Of a DNA stretch of 64,000 nt, positions 1 through 7,615 are shown piece after piece. A program made the position numbers and the translations under genes. Numbering within the stretch: the first letter of the stretch is position 1; every line of letters begins with the position of its first letter. The notes under the pieces are model-generated. The model saw only the letters and a list, made by a program, of their open reading frames with translations. It was not told the DNA's origin and ran no database searches. Source of the DNA: a virus; the IMG/VR virus record IMGVR_UViG_3300002231_001563, positions 1 through 64,000 of that record. One strand, written 5' to 3'.

Positions 1-1
1 T

Positions 2-73
2 GTTATAGGTGAGGATACCCACGAAGATATCTTATTATCAAATTTGATTACAATTACTGCCGTTAAAGACTAA
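2..73 (+). CDS. 3' end of upstream gene (partial, hypothetical)
   Basis: Open frame from window edge reads VIGEDTHEDILLSNLITITAVKD, stop TAA at 71-73. Confidence 0.4.
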   Translation, partial: VIGEDTHEDILLSNLITITAVKD

Positions 74-78
74 TTATA
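69..78 (+). promoter_or_regulatory. Putative phage late-promoter motif ACTAATTATA
   Basis: Identical 10-mer at 7008-7017; related motifs precede other structural genes. Confidence 0.4.
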
Positions 79-126
79 ATGAAAAAGAGTCACTTAATGG
101 CTTGAGTTTATAATTGGAATTTTACT

Positions 127-531
127 ATGAATGAATTTAATTTTCGTAAAAGCGTAAGAGACGCTATTTTATTAAGGGAAGGGTGGGAAGAAAAGTTGGC
201 TCAGCTTGAGAAAGAAGATGAAGAAGAAGCCAAACTTGTCGCTCATGGAAAAACGCCTGAAAAGAAGCGTCGCTTTGGGATTGCGTCGGATGTAGAAGAT
301 GGAGAAAATAGTTCGCTTCAAAATATCTTGGGGAAATTGAAGTTCCTTGAGGCCGCCGACCAGATGAAATTAATTAATATTATTGATAAGATTACTCAAC
401 ACATCACCCTCGAAGAAGCTGTAGAATTAACTGGAGACCGTGGTGAGGCTCGAAGAATTGTTCCCTCTGTTAAGACGAGGGGAACTTCTCGCGGCTATCG
501 GCGATCTTGGTTTGACTCCCGAAGAGAATGA
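127..531 (+). CDS. Hypothetical acidic protein, possibly the N-terminal half of a frameshifted gene with 440..928
   Basis: ORF track; E-rich; overlaps next ORF by 92 nt; +1-frame stop TAA at 428-430. Confidence 0.55.
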   Translation: MNEFNFRKSVRDAILLREGWEEKLAQLEKEDEEEAKLVAHGKTPEKKRRFGIASDVEDGENSSLQNILGKLKFLEAADQMKLINIIDKITQHITLEEAVELTGDRGEARRIVPSVKTRGTSRGYRRSWFDSRRE

Positions 532-928
532 GGCAATACTAAAAGCCATTAATTTTTGGGGGAGGACGAATACAGTAAGATTTGATACTCCCGATGGCGC
601 CATCTCGACAGGCGCAGATGCAGACGGCCCAACTTCTTCGGACAATGATGATTGGGATCCCGATGCCGACACGGAAGAGGTTCCCAAGCCAGATGTTGAT
701 TTGGAGATGCAGAAAGAAATGGACCGCGCAAAACAAGCCGAACCCGCTATTTCAGCCGAACTATTAGATATAACAGATGCCACTTCTGAAAAGTGGGGAA
801 AAATAAGAAATAAAACCCAAAATAAAAATCTACAAAAAGCTATGGATTATATTTATAATTTGTCGCTTGCAGAACAAAGGTATCTACAGCTCCTACAGAG
901 GTTTAAAATTAATGAAAATAACAAATAA
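440..928 (+). CDS. Hypothetical acidic protein (possible C-terminal half of a frameshifted gene)
   Basis: Protein-like D/E-rich frame; GTG start without clear RBS; frame open from 431. Confidence 0.55.
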   Translation: MVRLEELFPLLRRGELLAAIGDLGLTPEENEAILKAINFWGRTNTVRFDTPDGAISTGADADGPTSSDNDDWDPDADTEEVPKPDVDLEMQKEMDRAKQAEPAISAELLDITDATSEKWGKIRNKTQNKNLQKAMDYIYNLSLAEQRYLQLLQRFKINENNK

Positions 929-1379
929 TTCAAATCGGAATATTTCCGAAATTACTACAATGCTGGAGGATTTTTATCCTTTTGCCCAAAAAAGAATGGG
1001 GTTCGATCGGGATACGGAAATTATTTTCGAGACAGATGTTGAAAATGCCCAAAATGTATTAGGCAAGACAGCCTACTATGAACCTGCCACTGAAAAAGTC
1101 ACCGTCTATGTTGACGCCCGGCACCCAAAAGATATAATGCGCTCTATTTCGCATGAGTTAGTACATCATACACAAAATTGTAATGGACAATTCGATGGCC
1201 AACTGGGAGTTGGTGAAGGCTATGCCCAGACCGACGAGCACCTTAGAAAGATGGAAGAAGATGCTTATTTGCGTGGAAACATGACTTTCCGTGATTGGGA
1301 AGATAATTATAAGCAATTAAATCCGCTTCAAGAGCGACACGAAAGACTTTATTATAAATTATTAAGGAGAATGCGATAA
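912..1379 (+). CDS. Zincin-like metallopeptidase
   Basis: HELVHH (HExxH) motif with downstream Glu in MEEDAY; ATG at 912 overlaps previous stop (ORF track start 867 probably too early). Confidence 0.7.
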   Translation: MKITNNSNRNISEITTMLEDFYPFAQKRMGFDRDTEIIFETDVENAQNVLGKTAYYEPATEKVTVYVDARHPKDIMRSISHELVHHTQNCNGQFDGQLGVGEGYAQTDEHLRKMEEDAYLRGNMTFRDWEDNYKQLNPLQERHERLYYKLLRRMR

Positions 1380-2569
1380 TGGGACTTATATGGCAATGGA
1401 AGTGGCCTTCTATACCTTATGCTGATAGTGGAATTGAGAGGTTAGAGGATGTATTTGGTTGGGATATTGATTGGTTTTCTACTAAAGATATCGATAAATT
1501 TAACCCTGCCTTTTCACATGACCCCTCTCTCCAGTGGAAGCCTGGAGGCGCCACCTACGATTCGAAGCCTGTCTTGCTGGGCTACAATAATACTTGGGCA
1601 ACAGCAGCGGGAATTACAGGGTCGCAGGGCATATATTCTTGGGCCTCATATGCGGGATATCAAGCCGGAGCCTCTGCACTTAATTGGAGAAAATATGATG
1701 ATGAAAGTGGCTGGGCATTAATTAATCTCAATAATTCATGGAATATCTTAATTAGGCCCGAACTCGGGGGAGGAAGTACTCCCGTGCGCATGCAATTACT
1801 AATGTGGGCCGATGCCGGCGCTGATGCTGGAACATATCCCTGGAATGATGTCTCTTCTGTGAAAGCCACTAGCACCGTGACAATTTCTCAAGAAAATTGG
1901 CAATGGCTAAGTTTAAAATTTGAATGTACCGGAACCAACATCCGCGCCGCCGTTGAGCTTAACGGCGGCACAATTATTCCTACGACTACTTTAGCTATCG
2001 CTAATACTCCTTCTTCCGCTTCACACTTGCGAATAATGACGCCTATTGAGTGTACAGACGCGAATAATCAGAGCGGGGAACTTATCGGAGATGTGGTAAT
2101 GTATAGATATTACACAGACACGAGTCCGGTTGCTTATAATTATATGAGGATTGTCGATACGGAAGATTCGAATGTCGGCGCTTGGACAGCGGTGGGAGCA
2201 GCAACAAATGTAGTTGCCGTGAACCCGACCTCGTCTAATATTTCTACTGAATATTCTGAAAATACATTAGCAGTTCCTTCGGATGAGTTGACGCTGAGTG
2301 ATTCAAATAATTTTGACACGGAATTAGGGATGGCAGCTGGAACGATTATTGGTGTTGGATCTTATTTTTCGATGAAAGCAGATGGAACAGGGGAACCGCT
2401 TTTCGCGGCTGTTGGTCATGGCGGATCTTTTGAAGCCGGACCGGTGACAACTTCGTCGCTGGGGGATTATAGCACCATCTATAAAGTTGCCACAACTTGC
2501 CCGAGCACAGCAGGAGCATGGACTTCTGCCCAAGTTACGGCATCTAAAATAAAAATTGAAGTAGACTAA
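1379..2569 (+). CDS. Putative virion/fibre protein, beta-rich (ConA/LamG-like)
   Basis: W/G/T/S-rich; paralogous to 2580..3644 (WxW N-terminus, G-x-WTSA C-terminus); coupled to upstream stop. Confidence 0.55.
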   Translation: MGLIWQWKWPSIPYADSGIERLEDVFGWDIDWFSTKDIDKFNPAFSHDPSLQWKPGGATYDSKPVLLGYNNTWATAAGITGSQGIYSWASYAGYQAGASALNWRKYDDESGWALINLNNSWNILIRPELGGGSTPVRMQLLMWADAGADAGTYPWNDVSSVKATSTVTISQENWQWLSLKFECTGTNIRAAVELNGGTIIPTTTLAIANTPSSASHLRIMTPIECTDANNQSGELIGDVVMYRYYTDTSPVAYNYMRIVDTEDSNVGAWTAVGAATNVVAVNPTSSNISTEYSENTLAVPSDELTLSDSNNFDTELGMAAGTIIGVGSYFSMKADGTGEPLFAAVGHGGSFEAGPVTTSSLGDYSTIYKVATTCPSTAGAWTSAQVTASKIKIEVD

Positions 2570-2579
2570 GGAGAGAAAT

Positions 2580-3644
2580 ATGGCGGTTAAATGGTCATGG
2601 TCCTTTGGGGCCGAAACAGCAGAAGAATTAGAAACAGCAGGATGGGATCCACAGAGTACAAATGTAGCACATATAACCGAGGATAATTCTCGGATCTACA
2701 CTTATGTGGGATCGCCATCACGGTACTCTTTGAATATGCGTCGGGGGTATCAAATCGCTGCACCGCCGGGAGTAGTATCCCCTTCTGGATGGGTGGCCGT
2801 TGCTTTTTATTGCAACGATGTGTTCGACCAATGGTATCAGGATCGGCATATTATAATGATTAAGGACGATAGGGGAAAGGCTATTAGCATTTACTGCGAC
2901 AATAATGCAACTCAAACTGTAAAATTAAAGGTAGGTGATACCAACGATCCCGCAGGAGCTTTTACAGTATCTCAAAATGATTGGCATTATATAGCCCTGC
3001 AGTACGATATGACCTCCTCTGTATGGAGCGCGCGCTGGTATTTGGATGGCGTGGCTATGGGAACCCTAACTTCTGATGCGAGTGAGGAAGCGACAACGGC
3101 GCAGGAACTGCGCCTAAGCGTTGCTGGTATTAGCGATGCCGATGCTTTAGGGACTTGGTACGGCCAGATTATCGCCTGGGATGACAAGCTTGGAGATGCA
3201 GGGGAGATTTCTAAATTTGCCACTCGCATTCAGCCTGGCATAGACACTGCAGAAGGCGGCGTATGGAATCCAAGTACTGGAGCTACAAACTGGGAAGTAT
3301 TAAGCGGTACGATGGCTACCGGAACCTATACGGAAATTGCAGGCGCAGTTGTTGGGAATTATGTAACTTGTCAAGCATCCACGGGCGCGGGAGTTGATAT
3401 TAGTGATATGGTGGGAGTCATTCCCACTAGTATACACGGAGTGACTTGTCATGGGTTAGTCTCAGGGTCAGGGCCCTACGGAAAAGTATCCCTGGGTGAC
3501 GATAATTCTAACTGGGTGACCGGCACCAATGTTCTGCCAGCTATTGCGGATCCGAAGTATGCTTTTGCAACAGCACCAAGTCAGAGTTCCGGAGGAGTCT
3601 GGACTAGTGCAAGCACTGTATATTTAAAATATGAGGTGAGTTAG
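2580..3644 (+). CDS. Putative virion/fibre protein with LamG-like domain
   Basis: DWHYIALQYD...RWYLDGV LamG-like signature; RBS AGGAGAG; paralog of upstream ORF. Confidence 0.6.
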   Translation: MAVKWSWSFGAETAEELETAGWDPQSTNVAHITEDNSRIYTYVGSPSRYSLNMRRGYQIAAPPGVVSPSGWVAVAFYCNDVFDQWYQDRHIIMIKDDRGKAISIYCDNNATQTVKLKVGDTNDPAGAFTVSQNDWHYIALQYDMTSSVWSARWYLDGVAMGTLTSDASEEATTAQELRLSVAGISDADALGTWYGQIIAWDDKLGDAGEISKFATRIQPGIDTAEGGVWNPSTGATNWEVLSGTMATGTYTEIAGAVVGNYVTCQASTGAGVDISDMVGVIPTSIHGVTCHGLVSGSGPYGKVSLGDDNSNWVTGTNVLPAIADPKYAFATAPSQSSGGVWTSASTVYLKYEVS

Positions 3645-3649
3645 AGGCC

Positions 3650-6600
3650 ATGGCTATTTGGGACGATCTAGTTGCCTATTATCCAGGTGGGTCAGAGTAT
3701 GACTTATGGAATAAGTTCAAAGTCTCACTGACATCTGTAACAGTAGGGGCTAATGCTGGGCCAGCTGGCGTTTTGCCAGCGTGGACATATTCAGCTTTTT
3801 TGGGAGGAGGGTATGCCGATATTCCTCAGCCCATTCCCAATAGTACGGGGATTTTTACTATCTCCTTGTGGTTTAAAAATCTTAATTCGGGTAACTGTAC
3901 AGGCGTCTCTTTGACTAGTAATTATAGCCCCATTAGGATCGCGTCTGCAGGAACTGATCTAGGAGTAAGACATTCGACAGGTGCCTTCTTTGGGTCCGGA
4001 TATAACCCTTCTGGTTTAGCAGCTGGTGTGTGGCACCACTTGGTAGTGACTGCCGATGGCGCGGGAGGATATACTTATTATATAAATGGAACTTCGGTAG
4101 GTACAGCTACTGCTCCTGCTGGCCTGTTCACCGACTTTCTAACTATCGGAAACTTGAATTCTCATACCAAAGAGTTCGCCGAATACCTCTCAGAAATAGC
4201 TTTTTGGCAGCGCGAGATTACACCAACAGAGGTATCCCGCATTTATACTGCCACCAATGTTGGTCACCCCCTAGATAGATTAATAGAGCCGCAATTCGCC
4301 CTACCGGGGGGAGGAGAGTCCACGTCGTGGGCTGATATGAGCAATAATATTGTTTTATATCATCTTGATGATGTGGGTACCGCCAATCATGCACATGATG
4401 ATTCTGGAAACAATTTTGATGGATCCGGATCCAATGTTAGCAATATAGCGGGATTAAAATTACATAGCGGATCATACACGCCTCCGGGTGTTGTATTAGC
4501 GTCCGGCTCCTTTTATAATGGAACTAACGCCGTTGTCGACTCTAATCGCACGCCAGCAACCTTAGATATAGATGGTAATAAATCGCGATCGATTGTGATG
4601 TGGTTATCTTCTTCAAACTGGCAGAATGATGATGTTATTTGGACCATGGGGCAAAATTCGAGTGGCCAAGACTTTAGTTTAGTAACAAAAACCACAAACC
4701 GCATCAGTCTCAATACCTGGGGGAATGATGCATATTGGGATATCCCTTCATCGCCCCTGGGCTGGAATCACTATGCCATCACCTACCACTCGGGGACATA
4801 TGAAGGGAAGTTTTATTTTAATGGAAATTTCGTTGGCACGCATGCTTTTGGAAGCTCGCGAAATACTTCTAATTCTAATACATTAAAAATTGGAGGGCCA
4901 AATTATCAATGGGGGTATTTCCCCGGCGCGATACAGGAAATTGCCATTTTTTCAGGAAGCGTACTCTCTGATTCTGATATAAGATCCATTTATAACTATC
5001 AAGTGGCCAATTTTGTTCCTTCGACGGGCAGCGCTACGTTGGATACACTCTTTAGTACCGTTGTACACGGAAGCCCTAGTGATGTTGCCTTAGATACTCT
5101 TTTTGGCACAGTGGTGCATGATTTAGCTCTCGGAACTGTAGCCCTTGATTCATTGATTGGTACTATCGTTCATGGCGTAGCACCACCTTCTGCTTCCCTT
5201 CCAGATATTACAGGGACAGTGGGCATACCACTGTGTTTTGATTCGACGGGAAGCGTCGGGGTCGAATATTATCATTGGTCCTGGACTTCAGTTCCTAGCG
5301 GGAGCAGTATAGGGAATACTATTTTACCTCTTCCTTCCGGAGGGGCACTTGGCACAACCACGCCGTTCGACATGAATGGAAATATGGCACTGTTTCACTT
5401 CGAACAGACCTCTACTATTTCCTATGAAGAGGATTTTGAAAGTACCCCTATTGGCTCATTACCCGGAGGATGGTCTACATGGGGCGATAATGTTTGGCAA
5501 GTGACAGGCAACCTCTCTCATGGTGGAACTGTATCTGTCGGAAGTGGAGATGTCGCGGATAATCAGCAAGCGCTTTTGGCGTATACAGCCAGCGTAGCTG
5601 TTGATTCTCAGATAAGTTTTTGGTGGAATGTGTCCTCCGAGGCCGGCTGGGATAAGCTCAAATTTTATTTAAATGGAGTCTTTCAAGATGAAATTTCTGG
5701 CGCACCAGGGTGGACACAGCAAACCTACGTTCTCCCTGTAGGAACCCATCATTTTAAATGGCAGTATGTTAAAGATGTTGTCTGGTCAGCCGGATTAGAC
5801 ATGGGATGGGTTGACGATATTTCGATTGGGACTGTTCTGTATGCCAGTGATTCATCTGGATTACAAAATTCGGCTTCAATAGACGGCCCAACCCAATTAT
5901 CGGGTGCCGGCTATGTGGGGAATTATTGTTACGCTTTCGATGGTATAGACGACACAATGACGATACATTATCCTGCCGGTATTTTCGCAGCAACAACGGG
6001 TGTTTCTTGTGCGGCATGGGTAAAGAAGCTGGCCACAACCGGATATAAAACTATTTTTGGAATGGGATCCTCTAAAGGATTCCAGCTGGGGACTGCCAAC
6101 GGAGAGGCTTATTTTACTGTTCAAAACGGGGGTTGGATTGGAACTGTTGATGACGCTGCGACACTTATTCCCACCAATACGTGGACTCATGTTGTGGGGA
6201 CATATGATAGCACTACTCTAAAAATTTATATTAATGGAGTTGAGATTGAGACAAATAGAACCACAACAGCGGGCGCTATTAATTATGTGGGATCAGGTTT
6301 TCCTACTATTGGATATTCAAACGGATCGGATTATTGGACTGGAAGTATTGACGAACTAGCACTTTGGGACAGAGCCATTTCTGCCGAGGAAGTGCGGGAT
6401 ATATATTTTCTCCAATCGGGAGGATATGCAGGTATTGCAACTTCTTCACTCTGTTTTACTCCCGACGTCAACGGAACCTATACCATGAACTTAGAAATTG
6501 GCCCCTCAGTAAGTGCATCGGCCGATGCTGTTATAGGAAGTGCAGCAGCAGGTACCTCTAGTGTTTTTGCGGGATGGGGAATTTCCACTTATGTGCCTGA

Positions 6601-6979
6601 CAATAGCAAAATTTATGGTGGATGGGAAATGGCCACGTACGTGCCCGATAATAGTAAAATTTATGGCGGATGGCAAATCGCGACCTGTGTTCCCGATAAC
6701 AGCAAAGCATATGCCGCATGGGAAATTGTAACTTGGAATACGGCCTCTTCTGCCGCACCATTACCCTGTATCAGCCCGACTAGCAGTGAGGTTCACGCCT
6801 GGTTATCTGAAGGATTGATTATCAATAATTATTTGAATTTAGCCGAAGGTCGCGCGAAAAGAAATTGTCAAGTACCTTTTAAATTAAATATCAAAGATAA
6901 TTTAGGATTAAGATGGTCAGATTTGATCGCCACTCCATCTGGAACTGCTCCAACTTTCTGTACAAGTTCTTGTACTTAA
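3650..6979 (+). CDS. Large multi-LamG (ConA-like lectin) virion fibre/adhesin, 1109 aa
   Basis: Three LamG signatures (FTISLWF/WHHLVVT/YYING; WNHYAITY/FYFNG/IQEIAIF; WTHVVGTYD/IYING/IDELALWDRA), a PKD-like YYHWSW segment and short internal repeats. Confidence 0.8.
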   Translation: MAIWDDLVAYYPGGSEYDLWNKFKVSLTSVTVGANAGPAGVLPAWTYSAFLGGGYADIPQPIPNSTGIFTISLWFKNLNSGNCTGVSLTSNYSPIRIASAGTDLGVRHSTGAFFGSGYNPSGLAAGVWHHLVVTADGAGGYTYYINGTSVGTATAPAGLFTDFLTIGNLNSHTKEFAEYLSEIAFWQREITPTEVSRIYTATNVGHPLDRLIEPQFALPGGGESTSWADMSNNIVLYHLDDVGTANHAHDDSGNNFDGSGSNVSNIAGLKLHSGSYTPPGVVLASGSFYNGTNAVVDSNRTPATLDIDGNKSRSIVMWLSSSNWQNDDVIWTMGQNSSGQDFSLVTKTTNRISLNTWGNDAYWDIPSSPLGWNHYAITYHSGTYEGKFYFNGNFVGTHAFGSSRNTSNSNTLKIGGPNYQWGYFPGAIQEIAIFSGSVLSDSDIRSIYNYQVANFVPSTGSATLDTLFSTVVHGSPSDVALDTLFGTVVHDLALGTVALDSLIGTIVHGVAPPSASLPDITGTVGIPLCFDSTGSVGVEYYHWSWTSVPSGSSIGNTILPLPSGGALGTTTPFDMNGNMALFHFEQTSTISYEEDFESTPIGSLPGGWSTWGDNVWQVTGNLSHGGTVSVGSGDVADNQQALLAYTASVAVDSQISFWWNVSSEAGWDKLKFYLNGVFQDEISGAPGWTQQTYVLPVGTHHFKWQYVKDVVWSAGLDMGWVDDISIGTVLYASDSSGLQNSASIDGPTQLSGAGYVGNYCYAFDGIDDTMTIHYPAGIFAATTGVSCAAWVKKLATTGYKTIFGMGSSKGFQLGTANGEAYFTVQNGGWIGTVDDAATLIPTNTWTHVVGTYDSTTLKIYINGVEIETNRTTTAGAINYVGSGFPTIGYSNGSDYWTGSIDELALWDRAISAEEVRDIYFLQSGGYAGIATSSLCFTPDVNGTYTMNLEIGPSVSASADAVIGSAAAGTSSVFAGWGISTYVPDNSKIYGGWEMATYVPDNSKIYGGWQIATCVPDNSKAYAAWEIVTWNTASSAAPLPCISPTSSEVHAWLSEGLIINNYLNLAEGRAKRNCQVPFKLNIKDNLGLRWSDLIATPSGTAPTFCTSSCT
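5033..5176 (+). repeat. Three ~16-17-aa intragenic repeats (x-LD[T/S]L[F/I][S/G]T[V/I]VH)
   Basis: ATLDTLFSTVVHG / VALDTLFGTVVHD / VALDSLIGTIVHG read from translation. Confidence 0.85.
6572..6736 (+). repeat. Three and a half 48-bp (16-aa) intragenic repeats GWx[I/M][A/S]T[Y/C]VPDNSK[I/A]Y[G/A]
   Basis: Units at 6572, 6620, 6668 and a partial at 6716; differences mostly at synonymous positions. Confidence 0.9.
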
Positions 6980-7007
6980 TATAATAATGATTTTGAATTT
7001 AAAAAAC

Positions 7008-7017
7008 ACTAATTATA
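7008..7017 (+). promoter_or_regulatory. Putative late-promoter motif ACTAATTATA
   Basis: In AT-rich intergenic gap 30 nt upstream of ATG 7048. Confidence 0.45.
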
Positions 7018-7047
7018 ATTAAATATATTTTTTAAAAGGAGAATATC

Positions 7048-7338
7048 ATGGGTAAGAAATATAAAAGATTTATTTTGCCTCAATTAGAGGCTAAACAGCG
7101 CGAGGCTAAACAGCGCGAGGCTAAACAGCGCGAGGCTAAAGCTGCCGCGATTGAGACAGCCGCAGCTAAGGCGTCAGCCGAAAAAGCATCTGCTGCTAAA
7201 GAGGTTGCGAAAAAAGCGACAGCGGTACCAAAGGCAACGAAGAAGCCTTCAAAGGCAACGAAGAAGCCTACGAGAACCTCTACATCCAAAAAGACAAAAG
7301 GATCTTCGAGCAAGGCTTCATGGAAAAGTGGAGAATAA
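7048..7338 (+). CDS. Small Lys/Ala-rich basic protein (histone H1-like composition)
   Basis: RBS AGGAGA; EAKQR x3, KATKKP x2; strongly basic. Confidence 0.65.
   Translation: MGKKYKRFILPQLEAKQREAKQREAKQREAKAAAIETAAAKASAEKASAAKEVAKKATAVPKATKKPSKATKKPTRTSTSKKTKGSSSKASWKSGE
7087..7140 (+). repeat. Perfect 15-bp tandem repeat gaggctaaacagcgc x3 plus partial
   Basis: Read directly; encodes EAKQR. Confidence 0.95.
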
Positions 7339-7341
7339 AAA

Positions 7342-7614
7342 ATGTTTGATTTCGATAAAATAACTCGAAAATTTCTATTGGGTGAATGGTCTAAAAAACC
7401 CTCTGTATTGTCTCGTGCTCGAACGATCAAAGAGGCTCTTGAAAGTTTAAAACCAAGGACTATAAAAGAACGCCAGCGTATTGAAATCGCTCTTGAAAAT
7501 CTTTCTCATATGCGCAGAGGCTATCGCAAATTAGAAGAACAGAATAGGACATTGGTCGAAGAAAATAGCAATTTAGCCGAACAACTTCAAATTTTAGAGG
7601 AAAGTAGAGAATAA
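7342..7614 (+). CDS. Hypothetical coiled-coil protein
   Basis: RBS GGAG; C-terminal heptad-like pattern. Confidence 0.75.
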   Translation: MFDFDKITRKFLLGEWSKKPSVLSRARTIKEALESLKPRTIKERQRIEIALENLSHMRRGYRKLEEQNRTLVEENSNLAEQLQILEESRE

Positions 7615-7615
7615 T

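Noticed and set aside
6572-6736. Diversity-generating retroelement TR/VR pair
   Set aside because: Differences are not restricted to adenines, the units are adjacent coding repeats, and there is no reverse transcriptase in the window.
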